DNA of 64,000 bases from Raillietiella orientalis (taxonomy: Eukaryota): positions 1,736,001 to 1,800,000 of the forward strand of contig JAYWIR010000012.1 in the NCBI GenBank assembly GCA_036172245.1, given 5' to 3'. Position numbers and translations under genes: made by a program. The notes below the pieces were generated by a model, which saw only the letters and a list, made by a program, of their open reading frames with translations, searched no databases and had not been told where the DNA came from. Below, one piece after another: positions 37,771 to 50,902 of this stretch (the stretch's first letter is position 1; every line of letters begins with the position of its first letter).

Positions 37771-40700
37771 TCATCCGTCGCTCGTCAAAAAGTATTTCAC
37801 GAAGTCTATCGGCAGGGGGAAGATGATGGTGGAGTTCTTCTCCGCCGAGATGGAGTTCAGCGTCTGGAAGAGAAGAGACAGGAGGACCGGAGGAACAGCA
37901 GCAAGAGGAACCTATCTCCCCCAGTGCACGGCCCCGGAGGGGACTGCGGTGGAGGAGAAGGGAAAGGGGGAGCAGCCTGGAACCCGGGTAGGAGACGGTC
38001 CCATCACCATTGCCGTAACGGGACCCTGCCTTTCCCCTCCCCTTCTCCCCTCCTCAACCCTACTCGGTCTCGGGAGAGAAGGAGGCGGCGCCACCATTGG
38101 CGCCGCGCGCCGATGGCCCTGCCTCGTCGAAGAGGGCCGTGTGAATCCCCTGTCCCTCCATTAACCCTGCCTTGATCTTGGACCCCTTTCGGATCCGAAG
38201 GGTCACTGCGGTCACGGCGCGGGTGCCATCGTCCCTCCTACGGCGGCGGCGGTGGCTCCTTCGTCTTCTCAGGACTGGGGGCCTCGCAGAGGTAGAACCA
38301 GCTTCGGAACGACCGCCCTCGAGGGCTCACAGGAACCACCGATGCACGACGTTTCCATGGAGACGCGGATCCTTCCTGGGCAGGACGATCTCGCCCTGGC
38401 ACCGCACGTCGTCCTGCTGCGCTCTCTGAAGCGAAAGTCCGGGGTGCCGACCCCACGAGGCCACTGACCCGTTAGGCACGCTATCCCCACCCTCGAGAGT
38501 CCTCGTGGGATGAGCGTGCTCCTGCCGCCGGCACGACCGCGCCGTCGCCGCCACCCTCCTCGACCTGCATCCGGGATTTCCGAAAATCTGCGCTCCTCTT
38601 CCTCACTGCTCGTCTCTGTGAGGGAGTTCCTCCCTCGATGATCCCGACGGCGCCCTTTTCCTCCCACCCCCGTTCCTCCCTACACATCGCTATGGCGGCG
38701 ACTTCCGCGGGAGCACGCGCGCCGCTACCCTCCCTGCACTGCGCCCGACACCTCCCTGGGGCTTCCGTGTCGAGCTGCTCGTGGTCCGGGCCGCCAAGAG
38801 GACCGCGCACGACTCCCTCCCGGAGTCCCTCGACATCCGGCATCTTCTTCCCCTGAGAGGGAAGGAGAGAGGAAACAAACGGGGAACCACCAGCGCTTCT
38901 CCTCTCCGGGCTCTGGCGGCGCATACGCGCCCTGAAGGAAACAGGGGGATCGGAAACTTGGCGAAGTATCCGCCTCAGAGGGTCAAGGCCGAGGACTCTG
39001 ATCTCTCCCCCCCCCCAGGTCCTCTCTGTGAACTTTGCTGCGAGAGCGTCACCGGCGGCCGAACTCCCGTGTGCGCTAGCCGCTGCCGGATGACCAGATA
39101 CAGTCTCTCCTCTTCGGTGGCTTCCCGGACTGGGGCTCCCGGATTCCTCAGGGAGACCTCGGCCCATACCTTCCCCCTCACCCCCCGTTTCCGTGCCTGG
39201 GAGGCGGTCGCTCTGGTGCTGCTGCGCCGGGGATTCCAAGCAGCAAAGCCACCACCTTCGCCTCCCGTTTTCTGCTCCCTCCCTCCTTCCCTGTGAGTTT
39301 TCCGAGGATGGACCGCCCCCAGAGACGACGGCGGCGGCGCTATCCGTGTCCCGTTTCGGGACGCCACTCTGACGCCCGTGAGCGAACCTCACCTGCAAAT
39401 ATCGCAGCTGCATTGCCCACGGGGACTGCGAGATGATCTCCGACGCTGCCCTCAAGGAACCCGCTGCTTTGTATTCTCCTTCTGCTGCGATTTCTTTGGC
39501 GCGGGCTTCACGAGTAGCTTCCGCTTCAGCCGCCATCGCCCTTTGCAGCTGTACGGGAAGCCGCACGTCTTTTCTGCGGATGCAGCCAAAAGCAAAATGG
39601 TCATGGAACACAAGACAAATCCAAGTAACCGGTGCGACCTTGCAGGGACGGATGTGGGGAAGGATGCCTCCACAAGCCCTCTAGACCCGCAAAGAATTTC
39701 GGAGGGAACCAGTGAAGAGCATCTTTGCGCGCCCACATAGCGGGTGCAGACGACGGCACAGGGTCCTGCGTGATGGTGTGGAGAACGCTACCAGGTGGTT
39801 TCTGGGAGGCCCCCCCTCCCAGTTAGGACGGCCTTCGATCGGTGCGGCGCGCCGCTCGGGGCGAGACGTGCGGAGCTCGCGGGAAGTGCGCGGTCACGAG
39901 GCATGCCGTCGACGGCTCACCGAAAGGCAGGCCGCCATCCCTTTCCTTTCCTTTCCCTGTCCCTCGAGAGATGGCGCTGCCGTTCGCCGGCTGGCACGCC
40001 GGAAAGCAGCCGGGCGGCAGACGAGTGCACACGCAGATGTAGTGTCGTGGGGGAAACCGGTCGGGAAGGCGATCCGCGTCGACCGGAGGCCAAGGACATC
40101 GCCGCATCCATCCGCACGCCCGCACGCACTCACGCGGGCGTGCGGATGCGACGCCACCGCCGGGAAGCTGGATTGGGGAGCTCGGAACGACGCGGGGAGG
40201 CTGGCGCCAAGGAGCGCTCGGTGCTTGGCCGGACACGACGGCGCCGCAGAGCACCCCATGGAAAGTCAGGCCTCATGCAGCAAGAAGGAAGGGAGTGGTG
40301 CGGGGTTCGAGCTGGCGCCTGCTCAAACTCGGGCGAGGGCGACGGGAGCGTGCGACGGTTGGCCGCGTGGTTCCGGCGCGTGCGCGTCGTGGAAACCTTC
40401 TGGCGGCATGGTATGGCTGGAGACAGCCCCGAGCGGTCCACGGGAATGCTCCCTCTTGCGCGTCGAGGATCACGAAGGGAACTCCTCCCGGGGTTTCGTC
40501 GTGACATTCAGTCGACGGACTTTCGGCAAGCGGAGGGGCCGCACTGAGCGGGGAAAGGAGGACGAGGAAGGGGGGGGGGGGGAGTGAATTTCGAAGGCGC
40601 TCGGAGCAACGGGATTCTGCATGCGCGTGAGAGGGTATATCCATGGACAGGAGGACACTGTCCGAAAGCTGGAGCCGACGCGCGAGCGGGCAACGCAGGG

Positions 40701-43700
40701 AGCGGCCGGCTCCCGCTGCCGGAACGCGGGTTGAGCCGGTCGTTCTAAAAATAGTTCCGGAGGGAAAGGGAGGATCAATGCGAGCGAAAGTGTCCGGGAG
40801 TCTGGTGGAAGGCCTCTGCCGCAGTGACCAGCGAGCACAACCCCTAAGGGGCGGGGGATGAGGACAGTGTCGCGGAACAGTAAGGGAACGGGAGCAGAAG
40901 TTGAGCCCCTGGTTCGTGAGGGATTGACGGACGCGACCGGAGAGTTCGCGCCACCTGGGCGGGGAGGTGGGCGTCCGGACAACCAGAATGCACACGCGCG
41001 CGCCCCTCGGCAGTCACGGGAAGGGCACACCGCACCGCGAGGGGGGAACCTCGGTCAGTCTCCCATCGCGTTTCCTCGGGCGACGTTCCGTCCCCCCCGG
41101 CAAAGCGTGGGCGCTGGTCTCCTGGGACCCCGGGAGGAGGCCGGGAGAGGCAAAGACGTGGGCGGAAGACGTACATTTCTACTCGTTCCACCATGATCCC
41201 CCAGGATTCCGTGGCTTCGTCTAGGCTGCTCTGGAAAGGAGACAGACGCTGTGTGAGGGGGTCTTAGATCCCCTGCGGGGCTGCTCGGGCTGCGAGGACG
41301 CGGAGGGCACCCTGTCCGCGCTAGCCGGCCCGCGTTTCTCCCCCGTCCGCGGGCTCGCGGAGAAAAACTCAGGCCCTTCCTCGAGACCTTCCGAGAGCCC
41401 GCAGCCCTACCTGCCCATGCCCCTACCTGCATGGTGGTGGAGATGTTTCCCCTCTCGCTAAGGATCTCGTGCAGGTAGCGCGTGCCCAGGGTGTTGCGGA
41501 GGGTCGTCTGTGCCAGCAGCTTCGTCGAGTGGTGGGCATTCTCGACGTTGGCGACCGAGATGGTGGCGCTGGACACCCGGTAGTAGACCACGGCGTCCAC
41601 GCTCACTGTGACGCTGTCCTTAGTGAGCACCTGCGGGCGGAAAGGAGAGGAGCGACTTCGGGGCCCGGGAAGGGGGGGGGGAAGGCAGAGGCCCCTCCTG
41701 GCGCTCGGGCGCGTGCGCGATGGGGGCGCGCGGGAAGCACAAGGGTGGGGGCGTCGCCACCGCCCAGGGAGTCCCGCGGTGAAGGAAGGGTGAGAGCGCG
41801 AAAGAGGTCACCCCCCCTCCCGAGCGGAAGCGGGGCCTACCCTGGCGTGTGGGAGTTGATCGAATCCTTCTCGTTCACCTGGAGTGTCTGCACCTTCCCG
41901 TATCCGGCGGCTTTGATGAGAGGAAACAAGACAGGAAGGCGATCCGCGTCTATCGGGGGTCAAGGAGGGCGGTGCCCGAGTACGGCCCACTCGATTCGTC
42001 CACATGGGTCCGGGAGGATCGGACGCCCTTGTCCTCCCCTACAAGCCTTCCAGACCGACCCTGGTGAGCGGAGGATCGTAGGTCCCGGAATCTTCCGGGG
42101 TGGCGGCCTTCTGGGGAAGAGGGTGGGTGAGGGAGTGGCCTCCTTCCTGCTACATCCCTCCTGTTTAATAGGCTCTCGGGAATTTGCCTCTGACGGCACG
42201 GGGGACTTCGGAGACTCGCGCTAAGGCATGCAGGTGAGGGCGGCTGGCCCTCAAGGCTTCGGCCATCGGCTGCATGGCGCGGGGACGTCCCCCTCCGCGT
42301 GGCAACTCCTAGAGTCAAGCCTTCCTGGATTTGGGGGGCAGAGGGGAGGAGAGCTCGCGCGCACGTTCGTCGGGTCTTCCAACCGGATCAGTCAGAGACC
42401 TGCAGGCCGGCCCGTCGAGTACACTCTGGGAAGAATAGAGCAGGGACGCGCAAGGGAGGAGGATTTCCTCGCGGGACCGGTTCGTACCCCGGGAGAAGGG
42501 GAAGGCCTGACGAGCAACCGACTCACAGGGCCGGGAAGCAGGAGGAGGATCAAAGGTGCCCATGGGAGGCGTTTGTCGTCCGGGGCCGACAAAGAGGACC
42601 AGCAGAGGCTCGATGAAGGGCTGCTCCTGGCGCTGCACCCCCTTCGCCCCAGCCATCGGACTCACCTCCTGCGGGGGGACGTCAAAGGACACCGTCCGGA
42701 GGTCCACCTTGATGTACTGCTCGATGCACGGCAGCACGAAGAAGATCCCTGGGGGAAAAAGCCCTTTGCTGAGGGGGGCTGAAGGGCGGGCTTCCCTCTC
42801 GAGACCGGCCCTTCCCTTCCTGTCCGGAGGAGAGAGACACGGGCAGGACGGGATGCAAACGGCTTCTAGTGATACTCCCTCCTTCTCCTTTCGCCGTCGC
42901 GTCTCCTCGTCCTCCCCCTTGCAGTCTCATCCTGGTGCAGAGGCTGTGGGCCTTCCCTCCTCCTCTCCCCGATTTCGCACGCGGGAAGGAAGCCCAAACC
43001 CCAGAGATGCCTTCCTCGTTCCTCAGAGAGACGCTTGGGGGCGTCCTCTCTGAGGAACGAGGGAGGAGGTGAGGGGGCGACCTTTTCCCACCTGGCCCTT
43101 TGGCTCCTCCGGACAGCAGCCTTCCCAGACGGAAGATGACAGCCCTCTCGTACTCCTGGACCACCTGAAAGCAGACGGTGAGGTGACAAGCAAGCTGGGG
43201 TTTGTCCCTGCTCTCTCAGTTCTTTGACCTCAGGTCGCGGGCGTCCTCCGTGTCTCCCGGGGAGGCGGCCGCACACATGCGTGCTTTCCTCCCCTCCCTC
43301 CCTTCTTTTCCATCCTATACGGGAGCTCCCTATTGCAGGAAGAGGAGGGGAAGGTGGAGAAAAGAAACCTAGGGGAGTGGCAGTTCTGAAGAGCGCCGCT
43401 GGAGGCATCCCCTTTGCCGCATCGAGAAAGCGACGTCGCGGAGACAGCGAGCCTCACAGGCGCGCGCACGTCAGTGGAGCGAGGTGGTGGTCACCCCCAC
43501 GCGTGCAGGGTGGGGGTGGGGGATGGGATTGGTGCCGAGGGATCCTTTGGAACTCCTAATCCGGAAGCGTGGTGTTCCAGGGACTCCACCCATACTTCCC
43601 CCCTCCCTGCTGCAGTCCCAGAGGCAGAAGAAAAAATCCTTCCCAGAGGAGGTTCCGTTCGGTAAGCGGAACCGCCTTCCGGCAAGCTCGCGTGAGGATC

Positions 43701-45690
43701 CTCCGGAAATGGGAAAGGAGACGTCGTTTGCCCCCCACCCCACACACATACAAGACTCACAGAAGCTCGTTTGCTCCCCAGCTGGGTCTGGGATGGCTCA
43801 CTGCCTGCTTCCTGTTGCCGTAGTACCGAGGGTTCCTCTCCCACCCTTCAAGAGACTGGGCGCGCCTTCCCTCCTACCCGGGCGAGGACGCGCGCCCCCA
43901 CATGTCTTATCGGGGGCGACTGCTGGAAGTGGTGGACCGGGTCTGTGCCGGCTTCCACCTGCCGGCGAGTGCGGGAAGCGAAAGGTGGGGCGAAAAGAGG
44001 TCGCGCTGCTCCACCGGAGAAGGAGGGGTCTTGCCCTGCGGCTCAGGGCCCTGCGAGGTGCTCCGGCCGCCGTCATGGACAGCAGGCGAACCGCGGACTC
44101 CTCTGCGTCCACAGTTAGCGCTCCTAACTCCACGACAGCGCCTGCGCAAAGGGGAATCACCCGCAGGTGCCCCGCGGACGCTCGGAAGGAGCGCTGCCAA
44201 TGCACCGAGGGAGGAAAGAGGTCGATCGGAAGGCTGCAGAGTGGAAAGGAGGGGTGGAAAATTGCGAGGGGAGGAATGCGCGGCGTCCCTGTGACGCTAA
44301 GCAGACGGCTGTGCCTCCCGGATGCTGGGGCGGCTCCGTCCACGGAAGCGAGAAGGATACCGCGTGGGTGGCCGGCCCTGAGCTTGGGAATGGGGAAGAG
44401 TGGCGACCATACCTCAAGGCTCAGCTGAAAGAAGAGGAGGCGGGAGGACATGTGACCCCAGAGCCTCCCCTTCGGAGCTGTGACCTGTGAAGGGACAGCT
44501 CCACATAATCCACAAGACCTGCAAAGCTGCTCTGGCGCCCGGAGATCCTTCCCTTCCTGCGCAGCTCCTGGTAAGTCCGTGCTGGTTTCCCGAGGAACCG
44601 AGGAGAAGATAGCGCCCACGATGTCTTTCCTATTGCTCAAGTGACAAGAAGACCCCCTCCGGGATTTCTAGGATCTGGTCCGGCGAGTGCCCTCGAGCAC
44701 CGGCATCCGATCTCTTCCACGCTTCACTCCAGATGAGTGCTTGGAAACATCTATAGCACCAAGATGCTCCCGTGGTCACTCCACCCCGCGAGCAGCCCCA
44801 CCCGGCTCAGGAGATGCGTGACGCTCGATCCCGCGTTTCCCGGAGTTCTCAGGAAAGACGTGCGGATTTTTTTGTCCTGGAAACCGCGAGCACGCCTTCT
44901 TCGCCGGAAGGTAGTCTCCTCCTTGTGGCTTCCGCACGACTCTCCCATGTTCCCGGAAAAGAACAGGAGTCGTGAGAGGAGGAAGGTGGTGAGCTCACTG
45001 TGGACACCTGACGTAAGCAGCTGGCGGCAAGAAGGCATCCTACGTCTTCCCGTCTCTCAGAGAGGCAGCAGGTAGGCCAACCTTCTAGTGACGATCTCGT
45101 GTTCCTCCCCCTGTCCTCTCACCCCTTTCGCCTCCGCGGAGTCCCCAGTGCGTGAGTGAGTAGCAGCGGCGTCCCCCTTGTGGCTTGTGCAGAAGAGGCT
45201 GCCTCTGCTTCTACCGGCGGCCACGCTGCTCTCCGCCGAATTCCTGTTGCTCCCTTCTGCCCAGGGGAGGACTGAGCTGCCCCATCTCTTGCGGGCGAAA
45301 GCGGCCGAGATGATAAGAAAAAGAAAGGAGGAAAAGACACAAACAGAGATAGTGGCAGAGTTTCTTCCCCCTAAAGCTCAGCCACCGCCTCAGTCTTTCG
45401 GAGGAGAGCACGGCGGGTCACGTATGGAGGACCCCCAGTGAGCTGATGAGGTGGCAGTTGAGGCGTAGCTTCACTAGAGCTCAGGCAGCAACCGCTCCTG
45501 GATCCCCGGGAGGGAGACGCCGTCAGTCGGCACTCCAGGACGCGGGAGAGGCGATGCAGGGACCTCCGAGGGGCGCTCTTTACCTTGATGCAGATGCACA
45601 GGGAGAAGGGGAAGGTGATTACCACGAGGATCCAGCAGAAGACGGTCAGGATCCAACCGCAGACTCCGAGCTCTGCGTCCAGGGAGTGCG
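37771..45690 (-). CDS. sto-2: Stomatin/band-7 (SPFH) protein, sto-2/mec-2 family; conserved core
   Basis: Exons 45690-45584 ([30 protein letters not shown]), 43164-43092 ([24 protein letters not shown]), 42748-42666, 41630-41427 ([21 protein letters not shown]), 41230-41175, 39573-39393 ([26 protein letters not shown]...QLRYLQ), 37863-37771 ([21 protein letters not shown]...*). All GT-AG and in phase. The family call is firm; the exact orthologue name is less so. Confidence 0.95.
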
Positions 45691-45827
45691 CTGGAAGAGA
45701 CAAAGCGATGGGGTGAGAGAGGCTTGTAACGGCTTCCAGTGACATCCGGGCGAGCGCGTCTCGAGCTCGACGTTTCTTTGGAGACGCCTGCAATGGGTTG
45801 TCAGTACCACCCTCCTTACGTGAAGGA

Positions 45828-46025
45828 AAGTCACAAGAAAGAATTCAAAAAGACTCCGGAAAGACTTCAGAAAAACTTTAGAAAGATTCCTCAAAGACTC
45901 CAGAAAAACACCAGAAAGTTTCCAGAAAAACGCCAAAAAGACGCCAGAAGAAGTCCAGAAAAACACCGTAAAGAATTCAAAAAGACGCCGAAAAGACGTC
46001 GGAAAGACTCCAGAAATACTTCGGC
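45828..46025. repeat. Degenerate 11 bp minisatellite, ~18 units, consensus AAGACTCCAGA
   Basis: Units in register: AAGAATTCAAA, AAGACTCCGGA, AAGACTTCAGA, AAAACTTTAGA, AAGATTCCTCA, AAGACTCCAGA, AAAACACCAGA, and so on. Confidence 0.9.
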
Positions 46026-46629
46026 CGTACGGAGTTCCCCCGCCCAGTCTGCATTTCGGCAGGAGTCCCGATGCCCGTGGGCGGCGAACCGTGCAGGTGA
46101 CCACCCTTCTCTTCCCCTCTTCCGTCTTCCAATCCCTTTTCCGGGATTTGGCAGCATCCGCAAAAAAATTCCATTGGTCTGCACGACAACCTTCCGATCT
46201 CCTTGCACCCGCCCATCCACTCATGTCCGCCGCGGAGTGGCTGCGTCGGCGGTCTTTCCGAGATTCTCTCGAGGAGGCTGCCGATGTCGGCCGCACCTCC
46301 GGGAAGCTCTTCATCCGGACCGCATCTTCAGGGAGCCCTTCAGCAAGTTGAACGTTTAACCCCCCTCCCTATTCTCCGAGTGTGGATGGCTCGCGGGCAA
46401 ACCAATGAGATCGAAGGGAACTCCCAAAGATCCCTCGATCAGAGCGCCTCGCTTCGGGACCCATTGAAAGTCCTTGATTGCTGATTTCGGCCGAGTCCTA
46501 CGGGAGCTCTGGTTTCTCGGGTTGCGCGTACCCGTTCGTCTTACATCCGCGTGTTCGCCACTTGAGCGGCGCCACCCGAGATGGTCCCTGACCTCCTCCG
46601 AGTCAGCCGCTGCGCTCTCTCTGAAAGAC

Positions 46630-46737
46630 AACTCCTCTTCTGCCTCCTTATCTTCTTCCTCCTCTTCCTCGTCCTCCTCTCTCGTCTTTGTCCTCCTCCT
46701 TTTCCTCCTTCTCTTGCTCTTCCTCTTCCTCCTCCTC
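46630..46737. repeat. Polypyrimidine (TCC/TCT) low-complexity tract
   Basis: Run of TCC/TCT triplets, directly visible. Confidence 0.8.
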
Positions 46738-47637
46738 GTGACGGTGAAGAACGCGCTCTCAGAGGCGATCATCCAAGGAGAGGGATATTCCCGCGTTCCC
46801 GTATTTCTCGTCCACTCCTCGCTACCTCAACTGACTATCTCCCCTGAGCGTCCGCGAGACCTTTGAACACCTTAGAGAGCGTCTTCTGCTAAAGAGTCTC
46901 TGAGCATCCCGGAGTGTTCCCTCGCTCTCCTTTCCGGTCCCTACGCCCTTCCCAGGTTTTGTCTCCCCCGGAGTTGAGCCGAAGGCTGTAGATCTGCTCG
47001 CCCCACCGCCCGGCTGCAGAAGCAGGTCATGGCAGAGGACCCGACTATCCTCATCTGCCGATGCACGCGCATCATCTCCGACGCCCAACTCTCGTGTCCC
47101 CCTGTTTGTAGGGCACCTACCTGCGTCACTCCTCCTCCCTTTCCCTTCCCCTGCTTCTCTACCCTCGATGTTCTGTACCTCCACCCTTCGCCACCGGGTG
47201 CTCTGTCTACGCACGCGCGCGAGGACGAGCGACGCCGCCACGATGGCGCTCGGTGCTGCCCTCACTCCTCACGGAAGAGAGGAGATCTCTCCGCATCACA
47301 TATCCCACTCTTGAAAGTATCAGGAAGGAAATCCAAGCAGCGCGAACACGGGAGCGCTCTTTCAGCGCGCGCGCGCCACCTGTCGGGATAGGAAACCGCG
47401 AAAGCAGCGGGCGCCTTCCGAGTGAAGCGCTGCTGGGAAGCGGAGCGGCGCGCTCCCGGCAAACGCGTTTACCCTCCTCGCGCGTGCAAGGGTGGCCCGC
47501 TCGTGCATATGCACGGGAGGAGCCAGAAGACCGCGTGGGCATGGTGGCGACGGCACCGTCGTGGGATACGGAATAGAGGAGATCCAGGGACGAGTGGGAC
47601 GAGTCACGGGAGAGACGAAGGCCGACACCAGACTGAC

Positions 47638-47683
47638 CTGTCGCCCGCTTCGGTGAGGGCGGCAAGAGCTCCCCTTCTTCCAT
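47638..47683 (-). CDS. Candidate proximal first coding exon of the stomatin gene (MEEGELLPPSPKRAT; may extend further 5')
   Basis: Strong donor CAG|GTCAGT in phase 1, matching the phase-1 acceptor at 45690. No homology support. Confidence 0.4.
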
Positions 47684-48619
47684 AGAGGAGGAGGAAGAAG
47701 GAAGCAACACTACTGGCCTACGGATCTTCAGCGGCGGAGCCTCAGGAGGAGGGAGGCTCCGGGGATCACCAGCAGCTGCGCGCCGCGCTCTGCAGGGCTG
47801 CTGGCTTGCGTTCGGGATCGTACCTTTCTGAGCCTGATCACAGAGTTTCGACCACTCGTGCCACATGCTCCTCGAGGGGTCTTGCATCCCTCTTTCTACG
47901 GCATCTTTGGGGACAGGGTCGCCTTATGGTGCACGTGCGGCGCCAGTTTTTCATCAGAGAAAAATCCTGGCGCTTCTGGGAGCCCTGTCCCACTCTGGCA
48001 GCCTACGGGCACCCTTTCAATCTCCTTCCCTTCCTCCCTTCCTGGTAGTACAGGCAGAGCAGTCCTTTGGGTCGGCCGAGAACGGGTGGCCCATTCTCCT
48101 CCTCCATCAGCCACGTACACGGCGCACCATGTCCCCGCGTGTGCTGCTACCTTGGAGACGCGAGTGTGTTGCTCAACGTATCCATGGGTCTTCCATGCTT
48201 CGGGAACCTCCGTTCTGGCAGACAACTCAAAGCTCCCACGAAAACGATGGGAGGGAAAGACAGTCTTTGGGCCGGAGAGATCAAGAAACACGGAGGAAGG
48301 GATCCATGGTCGAGGATGCAGTCACGCCGTGCTGCGGATCTTGCACGCGAGGACCACGCAGGCGTCGACGGTTATCACCTCGGTTGTCAGCATCACATTG
48401 CCTCTTAGGGAGCGAAGATCTCAAAACAGCTAGGAGGAGAGCGCTGGCTTGGCGTTCTGAAGAAGATGATGGGTTTTCTTTTTTTGCTTTGGTTCTCAAG
48501 AGGTGCTGAAGAACCGTCTGCTTTCTTAGCGGGGACTCGCGAAGCTCTTGAACGCTGTCCATGCAGCCAGAGAGTGCGCGTGACTCTTCAAGCTATACGA
48601 GGTCACTACAGAGGGACCG

Positions 48620-49050
48620 TGAATCCAGGAAGGCTCCGGAGGAAGGAGTCCGTTCCTCTTACGCTTGGGAGGTTGTCTCCGGAGGGAGTCGCAAAGGGAA
48701 GAACATCTTCCTTATTCTTCTCGGAGGGATCCCTAGATTTGTGGGGGACCGCTCTTCGTTTCTTTTTCAGAAAGAACCGGCAAGGGAACCGCTCCTTCTT
48801 TACTCCTCTGAAGAGAGCCCCATAGAGATGTTTCCCAATTTCCCTGAAGGGTGCTCCCCTAAGGGAGCAGGGCCCTTCTTACACCGCAAAGGCAACCCCT
48901 GAGGAGGTATCAACCAGCTCGTGGCACGTGGAGGAGGACCCCGAAGGGAACCGGCACCTTGATGTCTTTGAAGGATCCCGGAAGGTCAACTTCACATATC
49001 GGTCGATCGAGAGCATCCGGTTTTCAGCTTACATCAATGTCGCCGCACAT
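48620..49050. repeat. Dispersed diverged repeat (family B), copy 2
   Basis: Same orientation as and colinear with 20620-21110. Confidence 0.8.
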
Positions 49051-50829
49051 GAAGCCTACCAGCGTCATCTCACGGGGGGACTCGAAACCCACGACTCAAC
49101 CCCCCGTGCTCGGTACCGATCTTCCACGTGGAGATTCGAACCCGCAACGCTTGGTGCCACAAACGGAGACAGCAGACACGCGGGCCAGGATGGGAAGATG
49201 GCGTTTCGCGAGTTTTCCATTCCAAGGGACTCTGGCGGTGTCTCCAGATGCAGCGAAGCCCTGCAGAAGGAAGCGAGCGGGAGGGAGGCAGCCGCGAGCC
49301 ATGTGCTCCCTTGATTCCAAGCGCCAGAGAGGTCGCTCCGTTCCAGGAGGCGATCTCCTGGAGAGGCAGAGGTCGATCCTGGCGAGGGTGAACGGAGCGA
49401 CCTATTTCCCTGCCCCTAGGCAGAGAAGCGGCCTCTGCCAGGATAAGGACCTCCAGCCACGTTTTGAGGAGCGCAAGCGCGAGACGGGAAGTGCAGAATG
49501 AAGCGATGATGAGCTCCCGGGGAGAGGCGAATTGGATTCCGCAAGGGTCACGGGTCACCGACGGGCAGCTGGAACGCCGAGGAAGGTCAACTTCCCGGAA
49601 GACGGAGGAGGGCCACGTCCAGCTGGAGCTGAACTCTGTCTCCAAAGCAGGTCGCCATTCTCCGACCTCCGGCAAGGGGTAGGACACCTGCATTCTCAAA
49701 CCCCTTGGGGCGACCGGCTCCGTGACAGTCCACAAGCCGGAAGCTTCCCTCCATCCACTTCTGAACGAAGGAGCACTGTCAGAGCAGGCACCTTCCAAGA
49801 GGAAGAAGATAGATCAAAATAACCGTTCCAGCTGAATGCTGCAGGAACATTTTCAGAGTGTCCTCTCGCGGCAGAGTTTCCCGATGTGGGGAGGGGGGGG
49901 AAGGTAGTGGGGTTCTTTGGTGTTTGCGAGAGCTTTCTCAGAGTCCTTGCCCCTGACTCTCGAAAGGAAGGCGTTCCACTTCCACGAGCCCCCGTGCGAT
50001 GGAGCAAACGAATGGAATGAAATTAATTGGCGGTCGTGAAGATTCTGGGAAGCCCGCAGAGGGTTCTAGGGGGAGCTCAGGAAGAGTCGGGAGGAAGGGG
50101 AACCAGATCGGACTCATGGACACGCGGGCGATGACCCCGGGGATACGAAACGAGCGTTCCTTCCGGTCACGATCATCGGATTCTGCGGCGAACAAGCGAA
50201 AAGGAGAAATGCCGTCACGTGACGTCCGCGCGCCAACATCGTCACGCATCGCACGTGCCGAGTCTCGCGTGCCGTTTTTTCCTTGCGGGCTCGATCCCTG
50301 TGGCACCTTTGCTCTTAAACTGTGGTCAGTGGAAACCATTCGCCATTCCCTACTCTTATCGATACGTTCTGGTAACCCTGACCCAAGCAAGGAGCCAAAT
50401 GCATCGCTTCGATTACTTCGAGATGAGCTCTGGAAGTTCTGGAAGAAAGCGGAAAAGAAACTTCTGATAAAATAAGTGGGTAAATAAAATAAGTGTCGAT
50501 GGTTGGTCGCATCCATTATTTTCTACATCACTTTTTCGGGAGAAGTACATCGTCAAAACTCTCGTTATCCATTTGGAGTCTAAGGATATTCTTTGCTCGA
50601 AGCAGCTGCGTATTTACCATGCAAAAAGCAAATAGAAATTCGTAATCGTATGTGATTTGCGCTTTTTTTATCCCCAGCTACATGATGATAAAATTCCCAG
50701 ATACTGTTGATAATTATTGATCCCTTGGTCAAGACAGATGGAGAACTTTTGGCAGCGCACAATGCACCGATACCGCTCGAGTTTGTCTCCCTTCCCATAT
50801 ATGCAAAGTAAGGGAAATACGGTACTGTG

Positions 50830-50902
50830 GCCTCGGTAGCGCAGTAGGTAGCGCGTAAGTCTCATAATCTTAAGGTCGTGAGTTCGATCCTCACCCGGGG
50901 CA
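50830..50902 (+). tRNA. tRNA-Met-CAT: tRNA-Met(CAT), elongator type
   Basis: 73 nt. Acceptor GCCTCGG/CCGGGGC (G1:C72, so not initiator); anticodon loop CTCATAA; T arm GTGAG-TTCGATC-CTCAC; TTTT runs downstream; AT-rich upstream flank. Confidence 0.97.

Noticed and set aside
45739..46359. K/R-rich 206 aa ORF and antisense F/L-rich ORF; CRISPR-like array
   Set aside because: Translations of the 11 bp minisatellite; no repeat-spacer structure and the DNA is eukaryotic.
46356..46772. ORF with poly-K/R and poly-E stretches
   Set aside because: Translation of a TCC/TCT low-complexity tract.
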